From Schmidtea polychroa (Eukaryota), in the NCBI GenBank assembly GCA_044892525.1, contig CM097887.1:1488001-1552000 (forward strand): a DNA stretch of 64,000 nt, read 5' to 3'. How positions within the stretch are numbered: position 1 is the stretch's first letter; every line of letters begins with the position of its first letter. The notes below the pieces were generated by a model. It saw only the letters and a list, made by a program, of their open reading frames with translations. It ran no database searches and was not told the DNA's origin. A program made the position numbers and the translations under genes. Of this stretch, positions 36,901-47,822 are shown piece by piece.

Positions 36901-39900
36901 AAACTTTAAAGAGCAATCAAATTTCAATAAAATTCTACACCGAAACGGATACCAAGGTGAGGACATTGAAAGAATGAATTCTACCCCAAGAAGATCTAGG
37001 GAATTAACACAAAAGAATCAGAAATATTTCTATCTGAATATCCCATTCATCAGTGACATACTCGACTTCAAGATCATTGAAGAACTTAAACGTACCGGTC
37101 TTCCAATTCGGATAGCACATAAATCTTGGACATTGAGAAGGGCTCTGGCAGGCAACATAAATAGAGAAAACAATTGCACAATGAAAAACTGCCAGACACC
37201 GAAAGATATGTGCTTTAGAAAAAACATCGTCTATTGCATCACGTGCAATGTATGCAATGAAATCTACATTGGAAGTACCCTCAGGACCTTGCACCAAAGA
37301 GTTAAAGAACATCTAGATCCTGGTGGGACATCCTCGTTGGGCAGACATCTCCGGCAGTGTCAGCCAACAGAGGAAAGAAAAAATATTTCAATAGAAATCA
37401 TAGCTAATGGAAACATCTAAAAGAAAAATGTCAGAATCAAAGAAGCAATTCTCATCATAAACAGACAGCCAAAGATCAACACTAAAGAAGAAATCAATGA
37501 AATCTTGAATTTGATCTGTTGTCATTGACCTTGAGAATAACTGACAATATATAAAGAAATTAAAAAAAATAGAATAAATTAAAAAGTAATAATTAGAATA
37601 ATATAAAAAAAAATTTTAAAAAATAGGGTTTGAAAATCAAAATTGACACATTGATTGAAATATTTAAATAGCATATATAAGTAGTTATTGGAGGCTTTAT
37701 TAGGCTTCTAGAAGCTAATTATAGAAGCTGTAAAAAAGTTAAAAATTTTTAGTTTGTGTCATTTTGAAATTTTAAATGTAAAATATTTTAAAGTTTTTAG
37801 TAAAACAATTCATTATATTTACAACCAATGAGAATTAAGAGAAAGGAAATAAAAGAAAGATTGAAAGGTATTTTGGGGAAGAACATTGCTAAATTCCAGG
37901 AGATTGACAAGGACTATCTTATAGTCGAAAATTCTTTCATTAAATACATTATTTGCAGCAAAAAGCTTAAATTATCATTTTATTGTTTTAAATAATAAAT
38001 GCTGCNNNNNNNNNNNNNNNNNNNNNNNNNNNNNNNNNNNNNNNNNNNNNNNNNNNNNNNNNNNNNNNNNNNNNNNNNNNNNNNNNNNNNNNNNNNNNNN
38101 NNNNNNNNNNNNNNNNNNNNNNNNNNNNNNNNNNNNNNNNNNNNNNNNNNNNNNNNNTATAAGAACTTTTATCAATTTTCACCACTGATTTCTTTTCAAT
38201 TGACAATGTATTTATTAAAAAACTTGACTATGAATCAATAAAAATATTAATGTTTTTTTTATATTCGCGAAATTTCCGCTGTCTTTTTTCAAGTGATTAC
38301 AATTCTTCTCTCGCAGCCCTTATTGTGTTCACTAATATTGGTCAATGCCTTCAATCTATAATGCTCTCGAGCTCGAATACAGAGATGACAGCAAGCCTCT
38401 CCAATGTATATAACATTACACCCATTACATGTAAACTGATAAACGAGATTAATAAACAATCCAACCGAAGCTTTAGTCTTATTGATAAACATATTGCGTA
38501 CTTTACATGAATTTGACATAATCTTATGTGTTTTCGTCTAAAACAAGTCAAAAAGATCTTTCGGTAATTGATAGTATCACACGCTCTATTTTTACATAGT
38601 TTCTTTTCCGAATAACTTTCAGCCTCCAATTGCTCTCCACCAACTGCAACAGCTCGATGTCCAGCTACAAAGCCACTGGGATCAGTTTTGAATAATAACG
38701 GTTTGTCCATTTCAATATCATAAGATAATGCTATCATTGAACAACCTAATGGTCGCATCTCAGCCGATTGGGTGTAAAGCTGATTAATATCCGCAATACA
38801 ACGACATATTATGTCACAAGGCATTTCATATCCATTTTTATATTTAAATCGAGCTGCTTCCATTTGCGCACGACATACTTGAGATTGACAAGCAGGGATC
38901 ATACCAGTCATAACACATCCAGTATTTTCAGTAATATTAAACAATCTTGTAGCTGAACTCTTCTCAATCCTTTTATCTGGAACTTTTCTTTGTGTAACTA
39001 CTACACCACAATTATTGCCTCGAATACCAACGGAAAGCAATCCATCTAGTGCAATTGCCTTAAATGAATATTCGACTTGGAATAATCTCCTTTCAGGTGA
39101 GAAAATAATCTTCGCTATATTGCTCATTGGAATACGACATTTCAGACATTCATTTTCTTCCATATTTCAACTAAAACCAAAAATTCAAAATTTTCACCAA
39201 AGACTCTCTTTTTAAACAACAATTTCTCTTTCAGCAGAGAACAAATCAATTCTAAATCAAATTAAAAACTACCATAAAATATACTACAACTTACTTCTCG
39301 CGTCTGTGTGCGCACACTCACAAAACTCGGTCTAATCATACCACGCACACAGACGCGATGCAAAAACCCCCCAAACAAGCTGCCAGTCAGAGGTAAATGA
39401 CATTCCCCCTCTTACTGGTCGAAACATTATGATTTAAATTACCCAACTGCCTTCTTATCATTCCTTTATAATCAGTAAAACCTTCAGAGTACGGCAATAC
39501 TAACACAAATTTAGGCTCATCATCCTTGCTAATTTATATCACTTATTATCAACTCACCCATACCAACAAAATCACACCCAGATAATCTGAAACATGGATC
39601 CTTATGATTTTTGGTCTCCTTTACCATTATTAATAAAAATGATTTTCAATAACCATTCTTCATTAACAACTCAACCAATTTATAAACACTTCACCGAATT
39701 TACAAAAATTGAAGACAAAAACAATTATACGTGAATTCACAAAAACTTTCGGACGACGTAGAGACCGGTATCGATTGGTACCCAATAAATCTCTGTCTCG
39801 TAGTGTTTCTCTTTCCGTTGTATTAACAGATCCAAGAAAGCAAGTGATGATTTTTTCACCGTTTCACATGTGAATACAATGTTTTTATGTAGACTATTCG

Positions 39901-42900
39901 TACAATGCAAAATCGGGTCAACATGCCTCTGATTTTCAAATATAAGAAAAATATCATCCACATACCGTTTATAAACTGTGGGTTTCATACCTTGGAAAGA
40001 TGCAATTTTCTTTTCTAAGCTTGCTAAAAAATTGAAGCCATCGTTGATGCTAGAAAAGAACTCGTAGCAACTCCATCTATTTGTTGATACCATTCGTTGT
40101 AGAAAAGAAAATTGACTTTTGAAATAACAAATTCAAGAAGTTCACCAAATGCCTTTCCATCCAAAATATGATGTTCAGAAATGTTTTCATTCCATAACAA
40201 GCAACATAAATCAATTGTGTCAACCAATGGTACATTAGCAAACAGACTACAAACATCAAACGAAACCATAATTTCATCCATACTTTGTCTATCATATTGT
40301 GCAATGCAGGAAACAATATCAAATCCATCCAAAAATTTGGCTATTTTATACTGGGCAGTGCCAACCATGGATGAAACATGTCTCAAAGTCACACCATCTT
40401 TATCGATTTTTGGAAGCCCATACATATTGATTTCTTTCTTGACTAAATCCCTAAATCTTTAATATTCTTCTTTTTATTTTTATCTACATGCTCCATCGTA
40501 CTCGAACTAAACACAATCTTCACATAATTAGAATTAATATCTTTATATCGATCGGAATATATGGAAGTGTAAACGTGCAATCTTTGCACATAATTTCGCT
40601 TCATCAATTCTGTCCTTAATGCAATGATTGGGATCAAATTTCAAAATATGATACTCATCTTTGGACAAAACAACTTTACTCATGTTCATTACTGTATTCT
40701 CCACCCTAAATTTAGAGATCCGAAATATTTTGCTCAAATTTTTAAAAATATTTATCTGGTGTAATTTTATTAGTTTGGGTGAGTTTGATAATAAGTGATA
40801 TAAATTAGATAGTGTGAGCAAGGATGATGAGCCTAAATTTGTGTTAGTATTGCCGTACTCAGAAGGTTTTATGGATTATAAAGGAATGATAAGAAGGCAG
40901 TTGGGTAATTTAAATCATAAGATTATGTCAAATTCATGCAAAGTACGCAATATGTTTATCAATAAGACTAAAGCTTCGGTTGGATTGTTTATTAATCTCG
41001 TTTATCAGTTTACATGTAATGGGTGTAATGTTATATACATTGGAGAGGCTTGCTGTCATCTCTGTATTCGAGCTCGAGAGCATTATAGATTGAAGGCATT
41101 GACCAATATTAGTGAGAGTAAAATAGGCATGTCTGATTTTAAAATTTTATTAACAAATTTCAATAATTATTGGGAACTTGTAATTTTTGAGGCGTTATTG
41201 ATAAAGTCATTGAATAGGAAAAATTATTATAAAACAATAATAATATTAATATTACTAGAGATAAGAACAAATATAAACAGAGAAATTACTGTTTGATGAG
41301 TAAATGGCAAATCTCTGAATGGCCACAGATGGCAGCGGCATGCAGGGGTGTCCATAGCTCCTTATCCTTGGCATTTACATTAGCCTTGTAATGAATGAGA
41401 ATCCGGCACATATCGATATTCTTATTTATAGCACACTGGAATAAATGAGTAAATCAATTGTGCATAAATAATATTGACAATGAATGTAGCAAACACATTC
41501 CAATTCAGAATGATATAAATTGACCATTAATGTCATCATCATCAGAGACACATTTAGCGGATAAAAACATACTATATATATAATTATATTTATCTAATGG
41601 TGACTTTATATTCGGTTCAATAAGTTGGCTTTCAATAACATATGGTGACCTAAGGAATTATTTTAATTTACGATTCTACTCTACTANNNNNNNNNNNNNN
41701 NNNNNNNNNNNNNNNNNNNNNNNNNNNNNNNNNNNNNNNNNNNNNNNNNNNNNNNNNNNNNNNNNNNNNNNNNNNNNNNNNNNNNNNNNNNNNNNNNNNN
41801 NNNNNNNNNNNNNNNNNCATTGGGGTAACGGTACCTTGCAATCTTTGACCTGGGATACATTGAAATGTTGGAGGGGGAGGTTGCGCACTGTCACTGATAG
41901 ATTGATCGGTGCAGCGGCAATGCAGTGGATAGGGAATGTGCTTGGGCCGATACACCACCACAAATGCACAGACAGAGCCCCCCCCCCCAGTGAAGGGCCA
42001 GGTACACCATCACAAATGCACAGACAGAGCCCCCCCCCCCAGTGAAGGGCCAGATACACCATCACAAATGCATAGACAGAAGCCCCCCCAGTGAAGGGCC
42101 AGGTACACCACCACAAATGCACAGACAGAGCCCCCCCAGTGAAGGGCCAGATACACCATCACAAATGCACAGACAGAGCCCCCCCCCAGTGAAGGGCCAG
42201 ATACACCATCACAAATGCACAGACAGAGCCCCCCCAGTGAAGGGCCAGATACACCATCACAAATGCACAGACAGAGCCCCCCCCCAGTGAAGGGCCAGAT
42301 ACACCATCACAAATGCACAGACAGAGCCCCCCCCCCCAGTGAAGGGCCTGATACACCACCACAAATGCACAGACAGAGCCCCCCCAGTGAAGGGCCAGGT
42401 ACACCACCACAAATGCACAGACAGAGCCCCCCCCCCCAGTGAAGGGCCAGATACACCATCACAAATGCACAGACAGAGCCCCCCCCCCAGTGAAGGGCCA
42501 GATACACCATCACAAATGCATAGACAGAAGCCCCCCCAGTGAAGGGCCAGGTACACCACCACAAATGCACAGACAGAGCCCCCCCAGTGAAGGGCCAGAT
42601 ACACCATCACAAATGCATAGACAGAAGCCCCCCCCCCCCAGTGAAGGGCCAGATACACCATCACAAATGCACAGACAGAGCCCCCCCCCAGTGAAGGGCC
42701 AGATACACCATCACAAATGCATAGACAGAAGCCCCCCCCCCAGTGAAGGGCCTGATACACCATCACAAATGCACAGACAGAGCCCCCCCAGTGAAGGGCC
42801 AGGTACACCATCACAAATGCACAGACAGAAGCCCCCCCCCAGTGAAGGGCCAGATACACCATCACAAATGCATAGACAGAAGCCCCCCCCCCCCAGTGAA

Positions 42901-43569
42901 GGGCCAGATACACCACCACAAATGAACAGACAGAGCCCCCCCCCCCCAGTGAAGGGCCTGATACAGCGCCACTAGATACAAATAATAACCCCATCTCATC
43001 AATGAGCCATAAAAGTGCCAATTCAGTGCAAATAATGAATAATATTTCCAATCAATTCCCAATCCATAATTCAATAAATATTCTATCAATTATCATATGA
43101 ATATCAATCAATAATTAATTAATTAATTAATCAAATATAATCAATCCATTAGCAAAGCTAACAGAAACCTACCTGATGAAGCGCAGTCAAACCATCACTG
43201 TTAGCCGCATCAGCACAAACTCCTTCACTAAGCAGCCGGCGAACTAATAAATGTATAGGAAAGCACTCATTCATCAATATCGGAATTATCGTATAATTCA
43301 CCTTCATCGGCATCACCAGAATTGCCGGCTTCCAGCAAAATTAGATTTTGACAAAATCGCACTGCTTTTGGGCCTTTTCTAGAAATCGGGTAGCCTTTTT
43401 TCTGACGATTTAGTTCCTCTTTTTCTTTACTTTTGTCATAATGAGCCCATCGTTTTAGTTGGATGATTCGACGCTTCTTTGCGTTTCTGATTCTTTCAAT
43501 ATCTATGCCTTTATTCTGGGATATTTCCTCTTCGGGATCCAGGCGACCGTTTGCCACACTAATTTCCAT
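30933..43569 (-). CDS. PPP1R16A: Protein phosphatase 1 regulatory subunit 16A/B-like (MYPT3/TIMAP/MYPT-75D), about 659 aa
   Basis: Exons 43569-43302, 43243-43173, 41435-41290, 34962-34590, 34533-34458, 34395-34260, 33961-33712 and 31592-30933; all GT-AG and in phase (1980 nt). Motifs: MyPhoNE-like RRIIQLKRW, RVxF-like KAVRF, ankyrin repeats (DGLTALHQ, ELWTPLHAAA, GNMPYDICED), RRRSS/RRTS sites, C-terminal CCILM CaaX. The A versus B paralogue cannot be distinguished. Confidence 0.92.
31990..33420 (+). mobile_element. hAT (Buster/SCAND3-ZBED5-like) 3' remnant containing an 11-bp satellite
   Basis: ORF 32061-32435 (LNLQLQG...FIERFQDI...WMLDPF...LEEELIEL), then GFPSSYLCE of the dimerization domain. 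After the satellite it resumes as AMLTRKGNHLQ. Confidence 0.85.
32531..33071. repeat. 11-bp minisatellite (GCTGTGGCAGT)n, about 49 units
   Basis: Directly visible; variants GCTGTGACAGT and GCTGTGGCAGC. Confidence 0.97.
36059..37528 (+). mobile_element. Penelope-like retroelement (RT + GIY-YIG), nearly intact 3' part, antisense in a PPP1R16 intron
   Basis: FYHLIKTHK...IRPIVS, SLDVVSLYTSI, YKQVKGLPMSS, YARYVDDIF, FLDL-like LLDL, YRKP, then the Cys-rich linker and VYCITCNVCNEIYIGST..L..RVKEH. One in-frame TAA at 37418-37420 before KEAILI..QPKIN. The 5' side is lost in an N run. Confidence 0.95.
38160..41230 (-). mobile_element. Penelope-like element (decayed RT, split endonuclease) with an inverted copy of its own 3' region at 40772-41230 (+)
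   Basis: MYGLPKIDK, SFDVCSLFANVP, QQIDGVA and KRYVDDIF on the minus strand (40425-39737). The GIY-YIG region is split at 39427/38528. Segment 40772-41110 is a near-identical reverse complement of 39427-39560 plus 38340-38524. Confidence 0.9.
38529..39163 (-). pseudogene. PSMA6: Proteasome subunit alpha type-6 (alpha1) pseudogene fragment, 3'-truncated, coding part intronless
   Basis: IIFSPERRLFQVEYSFKAI...SVGIRG...QRKVPDK...GCVMTGM...EAARFKYKNGYEMP...YTQSAEMRPLGCSM...KTDPSG. Conserved residues are substituted and homology stops near residue 200. Confidence 0.9.
41949..42960. repeat. About 50-bp minisatellite with a variable poly-C tract (CAGTGAAGGGCCAGATACACCATCACAAATGCACAGACAGAG-Cn), about 20 units, in PPP1R16 intron 2
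   Basis: Directly visible; unit length varies with the C run. Confidence 0.97.
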
Positions 43570-46212
43570 CAGTAGTCAATATAAAATCGATTGCGATAAC
43601 GGATAAATTGAACTCTGTGACATTAACATATTCAATAAAATTAAATTATAAAATTTATAATTTTACATAAGTAAAAATTATTTACAATGCTATTTATATT
43701 TAATAAATTTCGATAAAATTTAAATTGCCACTATTTATTTATTGGTTATCATTTTAATAGTTAGACTTTAAAACAAATTTAATTATGAATATTATTTGTT
43801 TTTCATTAATTCGTCTTATAAAAATAAAGTTTTTCAACTTATTGATTATCGATAAAATATTAATAGATTTAAAAAGGTTAAGAGGGCCAACCGGACTCAT
43901 TAATGACTAATAAGAGTACTGAAACATGGCTATGGGTAACCACAAAAATATATCATTTATATGATGTTAATTACTTCTGTAATGTACAGTTATATATTTT
44001 ATTTATTTTTAAACAAGGATTCCCGACGCCTTGTTATTTCATTGAGCGTATGTCGCGCTGGGAAAAGGAATAAAAAGACTATATAGCGATAATTTACCAT
44101 AGTAAATTATCGCTATACAAATATCGATCACAAATAAAAAATTCAATACAAAAAAGAAAATCTTATCTCAACTATACAATCTAGAAGAAATTTATTCCAT
44201 TATATTTATTCTATCATCGGATATTCCTTCCAAACAGCAAAGAAAATTCTTGAATGAATTTATGAAAGTAAACTCGCCGAAATAAACGAAGAATTAACAT
44301 TCGTTCATCCTCTAAGGTTTTAGAATTTTTATTTAAATAAAGTTGAATTTTTAAAACGTTCGTTCGTTCATTTAAATAATTTTATTTAATATACTAATTT
44401 TGTGATTTCTTAGCATTACTATAATAATTTTATTTGGATTATTCATTGTCATATAATCCCTACACAACACTCACCCGGATTGTCCCGCCACATTTGTTAA
44501 CGGTGACTCTATCGCGCTCTCATCGCTAACTTTAGGTAGCTTTTATGTTTATGGTGTTGGGCGAAAAAAATCACATTTGCAGTCGGCTTTGGTGTTGTTT
44601 ACGTGTATTCCTGAACCGTTTGTTAAACCTAACCGTCATTACGAATCATCCTGCTGTGCACATAAATCATAATGGTCATGCTCTGGAACGTGTTTAAACC
44701 AACTACTCAGACTACATATTATTTCGTTAGTTTGTGCCTAAAACTACATCAATTAATGTCTTTTATGTCAAGCACTCATGATGTATTTTGTTACCTTACC
44801 TTACCCTTTGCTCTGAAATTATTGAATTGGCTTATCGTTTAGCTGGGATATTGTTTGACTTACTGCCGACAATATTCCTAATATCAACTTATTTGCTTAA
44901 GTTATGATATAAGTCGCCTAGATTAAAAAATATAATTAGTCTTTATGGATTTACGGAGGCCACATAATATAATTCAACTAGGGTAAAGAATTTAGTTCAT
45001 TTTGTTAAACAAGTGCTGATTGATATTACTAGATTCGGAATAATACAACCGAAATAATTAATAATTTATATACATTTATCAAATGCTAGTCAATTTTATA
45101 GAATTCTGTATAGCCTTTACTGAAAAGCGTATTACCGTAAATTTTTGATTTTAATTGCTCGCCCATACAGCTTACTGACCTTTAGTGAGACAACCCCTGA
45201 TGTGCAGGACTAAAACTTCGGGAATCACAATCAAACTAAAAATCTTTGCACAATTCCCAAATCTTCCTATACAATTTTATCTTGCCCGACATTTCAATTG
45301 TGAGAGTGATTGTGTAACACAGAAGCTTTCAATTAGTAGATAATGGAGCATATTAGCGTTCCACTATCCTTATAGCCTCCTTCTACTGTAGTACAATACC
45401 GTTGGGTTTTAGTTAATTTAAGTCGGTAACCTCTGACTCCTGGTGACCTTTAAATCAAAACAATAAACTACCCAATGTATATTTGAATCACAAAAATATA
45501 TACTTTTCTCAACAATAAACAATCAATAATCAAAGTTAAGTTTGAGCGATTCTCCGCTCGGTGTTGATGCTTTGAAAAAGGATAATATTCACCTTTTATT
45601 TCCTTAGGTTCTCTTGACCAACGTTTTCCTTTTTCTATTTGATTTGATCTTTTTTCACCTTTTCGTATTCTTATTCTATATTTTCTTTTCCCCTAATCTC
45701 CTTAATTCGTCTTACCGTTTGCCTATTCTATTCTAGCTTAATACTAAAGAAGAATGCTACCAAAATTTTCGAAAAACATCAAACACTTAGCAGAATTACT
45801 TAGAAATCAAAGGATAAATTATTAAAGCGAGAAATAAAGGTAGATCCCAGCTTAAATTTTAGGAAAGAAACATTGATCTTCGTAATAGCATATTATTATG
45901 AACCATGTGAAAATGAGCAATAAAATAGCAATAATCCAGGAAAAAAAAATAATGAAAAGCTATGTAAGACCTATCAATAGTCATGGACCCAAAAGGGAAA
46001 ATGCAAAAAATAAGTACACTTGCTCATTGACTTCCAGCCACTGTGTACAATACCAACATTGCAGTTACCACGGGTAGACGGGCGTTAGATAGCTAATAGT
46101 TATGAAAGGGTTTAGTAAATAGTTGAAGGCAAATCTATCAGTAACATTTGAACATTTAAACAACATACATCCTAAATGCCAAAATAATTTGGAAACGCAA
46201 CATCATCACAAT

Positions 46213-47321
46213 TAGGGTTGCCACCTCAGATCTGGTTTACGTCCGGAGACAATAACTGGGAGTCACCGGGTCAAACCCGGAGAGGTGGCAACACTCATCA
46301 GTGGCGTAGCTAGAGTACTTGGAGCCCGGGGGCAGGGATATTTTTGGCGCCCTGGGCTTACTATAAAAATTTTTTGTGATATTAAAATAGACATATGTAA
46401 AAACGCCAAATATAAAATGCATATTAATAAATTCTAAAATAATACTTTAAAAAAATATAAAATATAAAATATAAAAATATAACAAAACTAGAAAAAAACT
46501 GGAAAACAGAAAAATAAAATCCCCTTTTCATCGTTTATTTTGAAAATAGAACATATTTTGCAATAATTTGAAAAATATAAACTTTTTTATAAATGTGAAA
46601 ATTTGAACACTTTTTGCATAAATTTGAAAATTATAACATTTTTTGTATAAATTTGAAGAATAAAACACTTTATTCTCATAGCTTTTGATTTCGCAGAAAA
46701 AGGCAATTTGTCCGTAAAATCATTGTTTTAAAATTAATTTAATCAAGAAACATCCAGTAAAATTTTTTAAGCGAAAATCGTTTTTAAGACAAAATCAGCA
46801 TCTACAAAAAAAATTTTTTTATTTAATTATTTATAAACCAAATTATTTAATCACGAATTTAGTTTTGGTCAAATTTTTTCGGCGAAATTAGTCGTACGAC
46901 AAAAGGCGTTCGTTTTTCAAATTTATAAAAAGGGTTCTATTTTTACAAATTCATACAAAAAGTAAATAAGTTTTCAAATTTATAAAAAAATATTAAATTT
47001 TTAAAAATTATATAAAAAGTGTAATATTTGCCAAAATTATTTTGAAAACCGGAGAGTTTTTTTGGAAGCATCTAAAAGCCGAAAACTAAAAAATTATAAA
47101 ACCTAGTTTTAATAATAATCAATAATAAAATATTATATTTAAAAAAATTTCTAATATATGTTATTGTATCCAAATTGGCGTATAATCTACACGTTGCGTG
47201 ATTCTTTGATTTTCAATGCTTGGCTATATTTATATATTTTATATATATTGCGTTCAATCCGGCGCCCCAAAAATTGTGGTGCCCAGGGCAACTGTCCCCC
47301 CTCGCTACGCCACTGACACTC
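46213..47321. mobile_element. Ultra-short (about 85 bp) hAT MITE, interrupted at its right end by a second MITE
   Basis: TAGGGTTGCCACCT ... AGGTGGCAACACTC; 8-bp TSD ATCACAAT at 46205-46212 and 47322-47329. Confidence 0.8.
46299..47315. mobile_element. hAT MITE (1017 bp)
   Basis: Perfect 12-bp TIR CAGTGGCGTAGC / GCTACGCCACTG; perfect 8-bp TSD ACACTCAT (46291-46298, 47316-47323). Confidence 0.93.
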
Positions 47322-47822
47322 ATCACAATTTGAAATATCAAAACGATATAGTTTACGTATCTCCAAAATGTTTTTTTCTAATTAGTTAAGAAAATCAAAA
47401 TTTTTCTATTTTAAATTGATTTTATTCATTATTTCCAATTTTTATAGAAACTCCAATAATTTTTTACGCCTAATTTTTAAAATAAAATATATTTTATTTA
47501 TGATTTGGAAAAACATCAAAAAAGTTATTTGTAAATAGAATGATTCTTTTAAATAAAATTTCATTTTCTCTCCATGAAAATTTTTACATGAAATTATTTA
47601 TTATAATGAATTTGAAGAATTTGTTTATAATCTATTTTCTCATTTAAAATTATTATTCACTCAGATGCTCCATAAATTATTTAATTTTTTTACTATGATT
47701 TTAGAATGTTATCTTATTATTTTTGAAGGGAATAAATAATTTTCATTAACAATCTTTCTAAATAATAATAAATATTTTTCAATTTAAACCCAAATATTTA
47801 GGAAATAAATAATTTTAGAAAA

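Noticed and set aside
38351-39163. Functional PSMA6-GIY-YIG fusion protein
   Set aside because: The ORF continues into the PLE in a frame different from the endonuclease frame, and the PSMA6 part is truncated and has lost conserved residues.
41668-43089. Multiple Pro/His-rich or hydrophobic ORFs
   Set aside because: Translations of the 50-bp intronic minisatellite, with frames switching at the poly-C runs.
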